From contig OZ244999.1 of assembly GCA_965223265.1 (NCBI GenBank), positions 8,608,001 through 8,672,000 on the forward strand: a DNA stretch of 64,000 nucleotides, given 5' to 3'. The DNA comes from Planctomycetota bacterium (GTDB taxonomy: Bacteria > Planctomycetota > UBA8108 > SXIK01). Shown here piece by piece: positions 9,309 to 17,855 of the stretch; the first letter of the stretch is position 1, and every line of letters begins with the position of its first letter. Under the pieces are notes generated by a model. The model was not told where the DNA came from, did not search any database, and worked only from the letters and a program-made list of their open reading frames with translations. Both the position numbers and the translations under genes were made by a program.

Positions 9309-9362
9309 GGGCCAGCGCACGCGATCTCCGCGATCGTTGAGTGCTGACGCGGGCTGCTAGCG

Positions 9363-11120
9363 CTATGGCCGGTTTTCTTGCGTGCGTTCAACTGGCTCGC
9401 GAGCCTGGCCACCGCTTGATGCGTCGCCCTCGACGGCGTGGAGCTCACGACTCAAGCGAGCGTGAAGTGACGGCAGATCCTCTTGCAGAAGCGCCAGCAG
9501 ACGCACCGTCGCACGCGCTGAGGGGAAGATGCGTAGGGGTAGGTCGCCGCTGGCAGCATCGTAGACCGCTTCCACCTGAACGTCCTCGAGGCTCGGGACG
9601 TCTTCCCAGCGCTCCGCCCAGATTCGATACATCGCGTGAGTCCAGACCAGCCGGCGCCGAAACGTTGCCGGTCGGTCTTCGACTAGATCTCGGCATGCCT
9701 GCAGGAACAGAGCTTTGATGAGCGCCCTGGTGTCCTCGCGCCCTAGGGTTTCGACGCACCGAATCAGCTCTCGCTGGGTGAACTCGGCCAGCGCCCTGTT
9801 CTCGTTCGAGGTGTCGCCGGGTTGTAGCTGCCGGAGTCGCTCGAGCGCGCGATTGCCGAGATCCGGCATGCCTTGGATCTGTGCGTTGATGGCACAGTTT
9901 CGCAGCAGTCGTGAATAGGTCCGACGCATGGCGTCCACATTGACGGTCGGCAGGTGGCGGCGGCGGCGACGTGGGTTCTGAGCATCGAAGTAGTCGAGCG
10001 TCTTCTCGCAGTAGCTCATGACCGACTCGACATACGTCTCCTCCAGGAGGAAGAAGACCCAATCGTGACCGCTCGACAGTGCGTCCGGTGTATAGACGAG
10101 GTCCATGGCGGCGCGGAATGCGAGGTAGCGGTAGCGTGTGGTCAGACGATGCGGTTTGACCCTAGCCAGGACTTCTTCACCGAGGCGTGCCCAGTAGAGT
10201 GTGTGCGTCGCCGGGTCGCGCCAGTCGAGCGGGCCGAATTCTTCACAGTTGGTGAACATCGACGCGGCGTCCATACCGAGGTTCTCTTCGATGCGCTCGC
10301 CCAGACTCCAGAGACGCGCTGTTTGCAAGGCAGCAGCGACCTGGGGGTCCTTGACGATCTCGCTCATCTGCGACGGCGGTGCTTCAAGTAAGCGCTCTGC
10401 ATCGCGCACTACATCGAGTCGGGGTTCGGTACCCACCGACTCAATGCGTGCCGCGGCGGCGGCAAAAGCGCGATCGCGTACCAGACTCGCGCGGGTGGGA
10501 AAACGTCGCCGCACGCGCGCCACGTCCTCGAGCTGCTTCCACTCCTCGGGCGGCAAACCTCGGAGCGCGTTCTCGATTTGCTGGGTGAGATGCGCTCGGT
10601 AGTAAGGCGCAGATTCGTCGAAGTCGGAGCCGAGCTTGTGCCGAAAGTACCAAGCCAGCTCCCAGTAGAGTTCAGGGCTTTTTTGATTGCGTCGAATCGC
10701 TTCTTTGCGCAGTAGATCGATGCCGCGAAACACCCAGAAGACCCGGTCCTCGCGATCGTCGGGAAAATCAGCCGCAACGTTGTAGGTTAGGTCCCAGGCT
10801 TGAAAGCGCCAAGCGGAGGCGTGACTCGGCTGCAGCGTTGAAATGACGCGGTAGACGTCTGCCATTTCGTAGTAGCGGCCTGCCTGTTTTTTTTCTTGGG
10901 CGTAGACCCAAAGGCCGGTGATGAAGAGGCTGCGAAAGCCTCCGAGAAGAGACGATGCGAGGATGTATTCGGGAGCTACGGCATCGTGCGCGCCACGGCT
11001 GTAGAGATGGTGACGGCCTGCAATGTCGGCGGCGTCGCGCACGAGCATTCGACCACAGAAAAGGCAAGCGATCGCCAAGCCGAGCATGGAGACCTGTCGC
11101 AGCACGAAACGCGTATTCAT
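9363..11120 (-). CDS. Membrane-anchored TPR-like protein of the family that accompanies pilin-associated ABC transporters (PilG/XapA-like)
   Basis: N-terminal TM; LLGGFRSL..LW..A..LQP..AW.FQAW.L.YN..GIDLL..LYWELAW; last gene of the ABC operon. Confidence 0.6.
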   Translation of the reverse strand: MNTRFVLRQVSMLGLAIACLFCGRMLVRDAADIAGRHHLYSRGAHDAVAPEYILASSLLGGFRSLFITGLWVYAQEKKQAGRYYEMADVYRVISTLQPSHASAWRFQAWDLTYNVAADFPDDREDRVFWVFRGIDLLRKEAIRRNQKSPELYWELAWYFRHKLGSDFDESAPYYRAHLTQQIENALRGLPPEEWKQLEDVARVRRRFPTRASLVRDRAFAAAAARIESVGTEPRLDVVRDAERLLEAPPSQMSEIVKDPQVAAALQTARLWSLGERIEENLGMDAASMFTNCEEFGPLDWRDPATHTLYWARLGEEVLARVKPHRLTTRYRYLAFRAAMDLVYTPDALSSGHDWVFFLLEETYVESVMSYCEKTLDYFDAQNPRRRRRHLPTVNVDAMRRTYSRLLRNCAINAQIQGMPDLGNRALERLRQLQPGDTSNENRALAEFTQRELIRCVETLGREDTRALIKALFLQACRDLVEDRPATFRRRLVWTHAMYRIWAERWEDVPSLEDVQVEAVYDAASGDLPLRIFPSARATVRLLALLQEDLPSLHARLSRELHAVEGDASSGGQAREPVERTQENRP

Positions 11121-11133
11121 ATTCCTGTACGAT

Positions 11134-12729
11134 CTATGACGAGTATGGCAGACCGACTTCTTTACGGGCGAAGAGGAACCAACCGCAGAGAATGAACAGG
11201 CCACTTCGAACACCGATGTCCAGGAGCGCCTGGCCGGTGAGACGGGTCCAACCGATGCGGCGACCAACGATTAGATCGGGGGCGGGATTCGTCGCCTCGA
11301 AGTCTGGCACCAGGCGAAGAAGAACCGGTAGCACGCGTCGGCGGACGAACCTCTGGGCTTCCATGACGAGGCGCGCGGCGGGATGAACCTGTCCCTCGGT
11401 GGCGCCGTGGTCATGCCCATGGTGCGAATGGTCGCCGTGCGAGTGGTCGTGAGTCTCGTGAGATTCATGCTTGCCGGAGGATTCGTTGTCGACGCCGGCT
11501 TCGGGAGACTCCGCTTCGCTCGCCTCCTGTACCATTTTGGCAACGTTGGCTCTCGGCAAGGTGACACGATAGACGAAGCTGTTGAGCGATCCGGCGATCA
11601 CAACACCGAAGAGCAGAAAGGTTGCGACAGACGGCTGCATGAACGTGCTCGCTGCGAGGCCGATACCAGCGAGCATGACCAGGCGAATCCACAGTAGGAC
11701 GAGTGCGCGCAGAAAATTCATCGTGAACGACCCAGATGGGATCAGAAGCTCCAGCGCCGTGTGACTCGGAAGGAGGATGCGTGCCGGCTCATCGTCCTCT
11801 TCGAGTTCCGTCACGTTACGGATGGTGACTTCGACCTGGCCGTCGCTTGAGATCAAGCTGACCGGGAAGTGCAGGGCTCCATACGTTCCCCAGCGTGACT
11901 CGAGTTCCTTGCTCCACTTCTCACCAGTCTCAGGGTTTCGCACGGTCCATTGATGTTGTACGTGGAGAACCGGTTCTTCGCCTGAGGTGCCGTAAAACTT
12001 GAACCTGAGAGTGGCGTCTTGGCCGGCGATGACGCCTGCCGTCGTCTTGAAATGGACGGTGCGTTCGGCGCCCTTTTCGACAGTGAAAAGCCGCGACGCT
12101 TCTAGTCGACTTAGATGCTCGGCGACCGCCTGTTCGATTTCCCGCTCGTCAAGGCGCTCCGCCAGCGCTTGCCGCACGCGCGCCGCTTCGACCTTGGGCA
12201 GAAAGAACTGCGCAGGGACGCTTTCGCGACTCGAGAGCATGCGGGCATGCTCGTCCTGCGGTAGAGCGATCGACTTTGCGCCGGTGCGTGAGTTGGCACT
12301 CCGCGGCTCGTCGCTTTGCGCGCCGCTCACAACAGGAGCGCGGCCGTTCCACAGCAGGGTCAGGTAGGTTGGGACGCCGACACCGAGGAGGAGGAGCGCG
12401 GTGAGCAAAGAGAGCCCAAGCCACTTGCCCAGCAGCACCTGCGAGCGCCGTATTGGTTTAACGTCCAGGACCGTGTACTGCTTTTCGACGAGCTCGTTGC
12501 CGAGCGTCCGCGGTGCCAAATAGAGAAGCAGAGCCATCAAAAATGCGGCAGTGAACCCGAACACCCATGACATCAGGACCCGCATGACGCCGGCGGCGGT
12601 GTTGTCGCCTTCGACGAACAGGAAGATCAAGAGACAGCCGATGAAAAGAAACAGGACCGCGAACGCGCTCGCGATGCCGCGAAGCGAAGCTTGGAACGTG
12701 TGTCGGGCGATGGCGTAGATCTTGTTCAT
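11134..12729 (-). CDS. ABC-2 type permease with large extracytoplasmic loop and His-rich segment
   Basis: KIYAIARHTF, KPIRRSQVLLGKWLG, C-terminal FARKEV; HESHETHDHSHGDHSHHGHDH. Confidence 0.8.
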   Translation of the reverse strand: MNKIYAIARHTFQASLRGIASAFAVLFLFIGCLLIFLFVEGDNTAAGVMRVLMSWVFGFTAAFLMALLLYLAPRTLGNELVEKQYTVLDVKPIRRSQVLLGKWLGLSLLTALLLLGVGVPTYLTLLWNGRAPVVSGAQSDEPRSANSRTGAKSIALPQDEHARMLSSRESVPAQFFLPKVEAARVRQALAERLDEREIEQAVAEHLSRLEASRLFTVEKGAERTVHFKTTAGVIAGQDATLRFKFYGTSGEEPVLHVQHQWTVRNPETGEKWSKELESRWGTYGALHFPVSLISSDGQVEVTIRNVTELEEDDEPARILLPSHTALELLIPSGSFTMNFLRALVLLWIRLVMLAGIGLAASTFMQPSVATFLLFGVVIAGSLNSFVYRVTLPRANVAKMVQEASEAESPEAGVDNESSGKHESHETHDHSHGDHSHHGHDHGATEGQVHPAARLVMEAQRFVRRRVLPVLLRLVPDFEATNPAPDLIVGRRIGWTRLTGQALLDIGVRSGLFILCGWFLFARKEVGLPYSS

Positions 12730-13760
12730 GACGCGGAGACGCCGTCGTTCTTATCTGAGTTTTTCGCCGGACTTGGTTGTTCGCTGCCCGCCTCGGCGAC
12801 CACCGGCGTTGCGCTTGTCTGTGGGCGCGACGAGTTGAGCTCCGAAAGGAATCCGAGGTCTCTTGTGTGGTCGCGCGCGGGGCGCCGGTCCGGTCCATCG
12901 TCAGAAGCCGACTCGACAACGCGCAGGAAAAACTCCTCGAGGCGCTCCACCTTTGGCGTCACTTGAACCGCAGTCTCTGTGCCTTCGCGCTCGCGTATGA
13001 GGTCACTGACTGCATCGACGGTGCCTGGCTTCATGAGAGCCGTCACCGTTCGCTCTTGGCTGTCGGAGATGAGCTGGTCGAGTCGGCCCGTAACCCGCTG
13101 CCTGCCGTTCGAGAGAATCGTGACGCGGTCACAGACGTCCTCGACGTTTGCCAACAGGTGGCTGCAGAGCAGCACTGTCTTGCCGAGGTCTCGTAGCTGG
13201 CCAATCAAGGCTTTGATTTCCGCCGTCGCGATGGGGTCCATACCGCTCGTTGGTTCGTCGAGAACGAGGAATTCGGGGTTGTTGATGAGCGCTTGAGCCA
13301 AAGCGACGCGGCGCTGCATCCCCTTGGAGTACTCGCCGACCGGGCGCTTTTTCGCCGCGTTGAGCCCGACCAACTCGAGCAGTTCGGCGCTGCGCCGTCG
13401 CCGCTCGTGACGACTGAGAGGGAAGAGGCGGCCGTAAAAGTCCAAGGTCTCTTCGGCGTTGAGGTATTTATAAAGATAACTCTCCTCCGGGAGATACCCG
13501 ATGCGCTCTTTGACGTGAACGTCGCTTGGCGGGCATCCGAAGACGCGGACGCTGCCGGTCGTCGGAAAGATCAAACCGAGCAGGAGTTTGATGGTTGTGC
13601 TCTTGCCGCTGCCGTTCGGACCGAGGAGGCCAAAGACTTCGCCGCGTTCAATCGTCAGCTGCAGGTCCGTCAGTGCCCGCGCGCGAATCTTCCACGTGAA
13701 GAACGGGTGACGGTAGTGCTTGGACAGGTCGCGAGTCTCGACGACTGGAGACTGATTCAT
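12726..13760 (-). CDS. ABC transporter ATP-binding protein (PilH/XapD-like)
   Basis: Walker A GPNGSGKST, YSKGMQRR signature, LVLDEPT Walker B; ATGA overlap with the permease. Confidence 0.95.
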   Translation of the reverse strand: MNQSPVVETRDLSKHYRHPFFTWKIRARALTDLQLTIERGEVFGLLGPNGSGKSTTIKLLLGLIFPTTGSVRVFGCPPSDVHVKERIGYLPEESYLYKYLNAEETLDFYGRLFPLSRHERRRRSAELLELVGLNAAKKRPVGEYSKGMQRRVALAQALINNPEFLVLDEPTSGMDPIATAEIKALIGQLRDLGKTVLLCSHLLANVEDVCDRVTILSNGRQRVTGRLDQLISDSQERTVTALMKPGTVDAVSDLIREREGTETAVQVTPKVERLEEFFLRVVESASDDGPDRRPARDHTRDLGFLSELNSSRPQTSATPVVAEAGSEQPSPAKNSDKNDGVSAS

Positions 13761-13806
13761 GGGCGGTGAGCCTCGTTGAACGGAATGTCATGTGCGCAGA
13801 CTCGAG

Positions 13807-14868
13807 TCATCGAACCTCTCTGCGTTGGAGAAGGGCCGCCGCCACCAACAGAGCTGCGAGAACGTAGATGGCCGCGTATGCAGTTGCCACAAGGATATAC
13901 TCGTCAGGTATATGTTGGTCGTGAGTGAGCGCATCACTCATCCAAAACTTCTCCAGGTTCGGGACAACGGTGTAAATGACCTCGGCGGCGAAGTCGAACA
14001 GAGCTCCCCACTCTCGTTCCCGCAACGTGTTGTGGACGAATTCGCTGACAAGACCCAGTAGTACGAACACACCCGTGACGCAGGCGGTGCCAACGACTCC
14101 GAGCCGCGTGCTGGTAGCAACCGCAATGCTGGCAACGACGACGATCGCCAGGAACATCAGCGTGGCGGCTCGTGCGACCTCGAAATCGTATGCCGTCCAA
14201 TAGACGAGCAACTCGTCCGGGCCGATCTCGGCGGTAGGCTCCGGCACGACTTGGAGAAACGATCCCTTGCTGGCGAAAAAGAAGGCGACGAAGACAGCCA
14301 AGATTGAAACCGTCAGGCCCAGGACGAAACAGCCCACCCATGACTTTCCCGCGACGTAGCTTCTCCACGTCGCGAAGGCGATCGCCAGAATGACTGCGGC
14401 CAACATCGCCAAGACAATGTTCCAATCGACGGAGCGGACGGTCGCTGCCGTGGGGCTGGCTCGAATCGTCAGCAACACGACGATCGAACCCGTGATGATC
14501 GCAGTCCCCAGGCTGACGACAATGCCGCAAAACTTCCCAGTCAGAAATGTGCTCCGTCCAACGCTTTTGGAGAGCACCATGGCGGCTGTGCGCGCTTCGA
14601 TCTCTTGGCTGATGGAGCTCGTACTCGAGAACACGGCCAGGAAGAGCCCGAACATGAGCAACGTCGCGAGGCCGAGGTCAGCGATCATGCGCTGAGCAAC
14701 GTTTTCGAAGTCGGCGGACACGCGGAACGAATAGATATGCGCCGCAGTTGCTGGGGTCAAGACGATGAGCGCGCACGACGCCACGAGCAAGAGTGCATAG
14801 AAAGGTTGGCGAATCAGCTCGAGCACCGTGTTGCGGGAAATCGCGTAAACCTGGCGCAGGACGGTCAC
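13807..14868 (-). CDS. ABC-2 type permease (PilI/XapB-like)
   Basis: AISRNTVLELIRQP, EIEARTAAMVLSKSVGRSTFLTGKFCG, multiple TMs, terminal RREV. Confidence 0.85.
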   Translation of the reverse strand: MTVLRQVYAISRNTVLELIRQPFYALLLVASCALIVLTPATAAHIYSFRVSADFENVAQRMIADLGLATLLMFGLFLAVFSSTSSISQEIEARTAAMVLSKSVGRSTFLTGKFCGIVVSLGTAIITGSIVVLLTIRASPTAATVRSVDWNIVLAMLAAVILAIAFATWRSYVAGKSWVGCFVLGLTVSILAVFVAFFFASKGSFLQVVPEPTAEIGPDELLVYWTAYDFEVARAATLMFLAIVVVASIAVATSTRLGVVGTACVTGVFVLLGLVSEFVHNTLREREWGALFDFAAEVIYTVVPNLEKFWMSDALTHDQHIPDEYILVATAYAAIYVLAALLVAAALLQRREVR

Positions 14869-15192
14869 GGATGCTGGTCTCTTCCGGGGTCAAACTCGAT
14901 CAGGTCATTCGTCAAGACGTAGCTCACGGGATTTTGTCTCACTTCGCTCCATGAACACCCCAACGCCTGCCAAAAACGGCGTACTATTCGCCGGGTGCAA
15001 GGCGTTTCTTGCCGTTGTCTTCTTGCAGGCGTTGGAGGAAGATTCCTTTACCGGTGAATCGATCACTCATCTCCCTTCCGGGGAGTTTTGAGATGCCACG
15101 GGCGAGCAGCGTGAAATTAGCAGTCGCTCGCGGCGGCTGGTTAGCGTCTTGCTCCATGATCACTCGCGCCCAATTCTAGCGGGTGGCTGTCG

Positions 15193-15222
15193 TTGACAAC
15201 CGATCGAGGCGTTCAACATACT
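15193..15222 (+). promoter_or_regulatory. Putative sigma70 promoter
   Basis: TTGACA-N18-CATACT, 41 nt upstream of ATG 15264. Confidence 0.5.
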
Positions 15223-15263
15223 GGATCTCTTTCTCATCGGCAAACCACTACTAACAGCGGCAG

Positions 15264-15581
15264 ATGAAAGAAGTCTATACCGCTCAAGACTTGGCCGAAG
15301 CGGAGGCCGTGCGGGATCTTCTCATCGCGAAGGGCTTTCGCGCCATTGTTCGCGGTGAGTACCATCTTCTCGTCGACCTTCCGGTCGGACGTGCGTTTCC
15401 GTCGGTATTCGTCAAAGACGACGCCGACTGGTTCCGCGCTCGCGGAGTCGTTGAAGAGTTTCTTGCTGAGCGCGAAAGTGTCCACGCGGCGCCGTCGTGG
15501 CGGTGTGCGAACTGCGGCGAGGAACATGCGTCACAATTTGACGAGTGTTGGAACTGCGGCGCGGCTCGGCAACAAGGCTGA
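15264..15581 (+). CDS. DUF2007-like putative signal-transduction protein with C-terminal zinc ribbon
   Basis: VYTA....EA..VRDLL...G; WRCANCGEEH...FDECWNCG. Confidence 0.8.
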   Translation: MKEVYTAQDLAEAEAVRDLLIAKGFRAIVRGEYHLLVDLPVGRAFPSVFVKDDADWFRARGVVEEFLAERESVHAAPSWRCANCGEEHASQFDECWNCGAARQQG

Positions 15582-15705
15582 GGCTTCCTCCCGCGCTTCG
15601 GGCGACGAAGTGGCTGCGAGATCGTGAAAGCGGCGCGGGCCGTCACCCGCGATCAAGGGTCGAGGAAGCCATGACAATGAGACTGCTAGGTACCGGGAGT
15701 ACGAT

Positions 15706-17052
15706 ATCGCGACTTCGAGCCCAGACGAGCACCCGTTTCTTCACCGACCTCACCGAACCTTTTGGCACTTCTCCTTTCCCGTTCTCCTAGCGCTCATCGG
15801 CGAACCGCTCGCCGGGCTTGTTGATGCAGCCTTCGTTGCCCGAGTTGGCGTGCACGAGCAAGCGGCGCTAGGCGCATCGACAATCCTCCTATCCGGGCTC
15901 TTTTGGATGCTTTTCTTCCTGAGTGTGTCGACGCAAACGGAGGTGGCCCACGGCCTGGGGGCAGGCGATTTGGAGCGCGCGCGCAAGGCGACAGGTTTGG
16001 CGCTCGCGATCTCTCTGTTGGGTGGCATTTGCGTGGCGATCGTTGTCGCGTTTCTTCTCGGCCCCGCAGCGCATTGGATGGAGGCGAGCGGCGAGATCGA
16101 AGCACCGTTTATAGCCTACTCCCACTGGCGGCTTCCTGGCGTTCCAGGATCGCTGGCGATGGGGGTGGCGTTCGGAGCATTTCGCGGCTATCAGAACGTG
16201 CGCACACCGCTAGCGATCTCGATTGGCGTGACCCTGCTCAACATCGCGCTCGATCCGCTCCTGATTTGGGGCGCAGGCCCGATCCCGCCTCTCGGTGTCC
16301 GCGGCGCGGCGCTGGCAAGCGCGCTGAGCCAGTGGGCTGGTGCCGTCGCGTCGATGTTCCTTGTGTGGCGCCTCCATGGGGTGAGCTGGAGTGTTGACGC
16401 CTCGATACTCCGCCGCTTGATCACTGTTGGGCGTGACATGCTGGTGCGCACGGCGTCGCTCACGCTCTTTCTGATCTTGGCGACGCAAAAGGCGACCGAG
16501 ATGGGGGCGGCAGCCGGTGCCGTCCACCTTGGTGTGCGCCAGACTTGGGCTCTCACAGCTCTGCTCCTCGACGCGTTCGCCACGACTGCGCAGAGCTTTG
16601 TGGGCTACTTTTTGGCGGCCGGTCGCGTCGCTACCGCCCGTCACGTCGCCCGCGTCGCCACCTTCTGGAGCTTCAGCGTCGGTGCGGCGTTGACCGCTGT
16701 CATGCTGCTCGCAACGGACCACGCCTGGGCGCTGCTGGTCGTCGATGTAGAGCGCGACCGTTTCGCGTCGGCATGGATCGTCAGTGCGCTCTTTCAACCT
16801 CTCAATGGCATTAGTTTTGCCACTGATGGCATCCATTGGGGCGCCGGCGATTTCGCGTTTCTGCGCAACGTGACGGTGACAGCCACGTGCGTGGGGCTCG
16901 TGGGTCTATGGTTCGTAGACCCTGAGAGTCACGGGCTCGATGCCGTTTGGCTGGTCACGGGTGCGTGGATTGCGACGCGAGCCTTCTTCGGATTCGTGCG
17001 CCTTTGGCCGGGCCTCGGAAAGCCGCCGATGCCTAGCGCTAGACCGCGCTGA
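15706..17052 (+). CDS. MATE (DinF-like) efflux transporter; start codon uncertain
   Basis: In-frame upstream extension FWHFSFPVLLALIGEPLAGLVDAAFVARVG; GAFRGYQNVRTPL, NIALDPLLI, GVRGAALA. Confidence 0.88.
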   Translation: MATSSPDEHPFLHRPHRTFWHFSFPVLLALIGEPLAGLVDAAFVARVGVHEQAALGASTILLSGLFWMLFFLSVSTQTEVAHGLGAGDLERARKATGLALAISLLGGICVAIVVAFLLGPAAHWMEASGEIEAPFIAYSHWRLPGVPGSLAMGVAFGAFRGYQNVRTPLAISIGVTLLNIALDPLLIWGAGPIPPLGVRGAALASALSQWAGAVASMFLVWRLHGVSWSVDASILRRLITVGRDMLVRTASLTLFLILATQKATEMGAAAGAVHLGVRQTWALTALLLDAFATTAQSFVGYFLAAGRVATARHVARVATFWSFSVGAALTAVMLLATDHAWALLVVDVERDRFASAWIVSALFQPLNGISFATDGIHWGAGDFAFLRNVTVTATCVGLVGLWFVDPESHGLDAVWLVTGAWIATRAFFGFVRLWPGLGKPPMPSARPR

Positions 17053-17092
17053 AAGGCCAATGCCCAACGAATGAAGTCGTGAACGCCGCGCG

Positions 17093-17320
17093 CTACCAGC
17101 GCAGCTGTTCCGGCAACGCTTCGTACGTTTGTTCGCACATCACGTCGTAGAGGCCGGCGGCACAGATGTTGCCTCCTGCGCGTGATTCGAGTGCGAGGGA
17201 CTTGTGAATCGCATAGGCAGCGAGAAGACGCGTTGGCTGATCCTCGGCGTCCTTCCAGTCCTCCCACGCGTGCCGGAGCTCGGCTGCGGTCAAGTCGTCA
17301 AGATTTATCGGTGTACCCAT
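17093..17320 (-). CDS. Small hypothetical protein (75 aa)
   Basis: MGTPINLDDLTAAELRHAWEDWK..; protein-like composition, no recognised motif. Confidence 0.45.
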   Translation of the reverse strand: MGTPINLDDLTAAELRHAWEDWKDAEDQPTRLLAAYAIHKSLALESRAGGNICAAGLYDVMCEQTYEALPEQLRW

Positions 17321-17855
17321 ATTCAAGTATGACTGACCGGTGCGATCTACGCAACTTTTGCGGAACGTCACGGGTTTCTCCTCGATTTCTTCACTTCTTT
17401 GGCCCGATTGGATCCGCCATTCGCCGCACGGGCTGTTCAGCTCGAAACGGGCTTCTCCACAAGCCCTATCCGACCGATTTGGACAGTGACTAAAACTGTC
17501 CTTTCGGAGCCGACTTTCGAACCGAACCGGGAGTATATGCAGGCGCGAATCAGATTCAAGCAAACGGAAAAGTTACCGGAACTCTCGAGTCGATTCCCCA
17601 CCGCTAACAGCCTGTTGAAAAAGTGCTTCGGGCCGAAAACTGGTCTCTTCGCGTCCAGATCGGCCGCGGCAAACGCAGGCAATCTTCGGGATTTTCGAGT
17701 ATTGACGCGGTCGAGCTGGGCGTGAAGAGGCCAGTTTCTTCGGCCGAATGACTCTTTCAACGGGCTGCTAAGGGTGGCAACGGCAAAGAGTCGAGCGTCG
17801 ACCGCCGATGTAGAAGCAGCACTTAAACTTAGTCTCAATCGAATGGGTACGAGTT

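Noticed and set aside
17399-17838. Overlapping ORFs upstream of the TonB receptor
   Set aside because: No motifs or RBS; more likely promoter DNA. No cobalamin or TPP riboswitch consensus recognised
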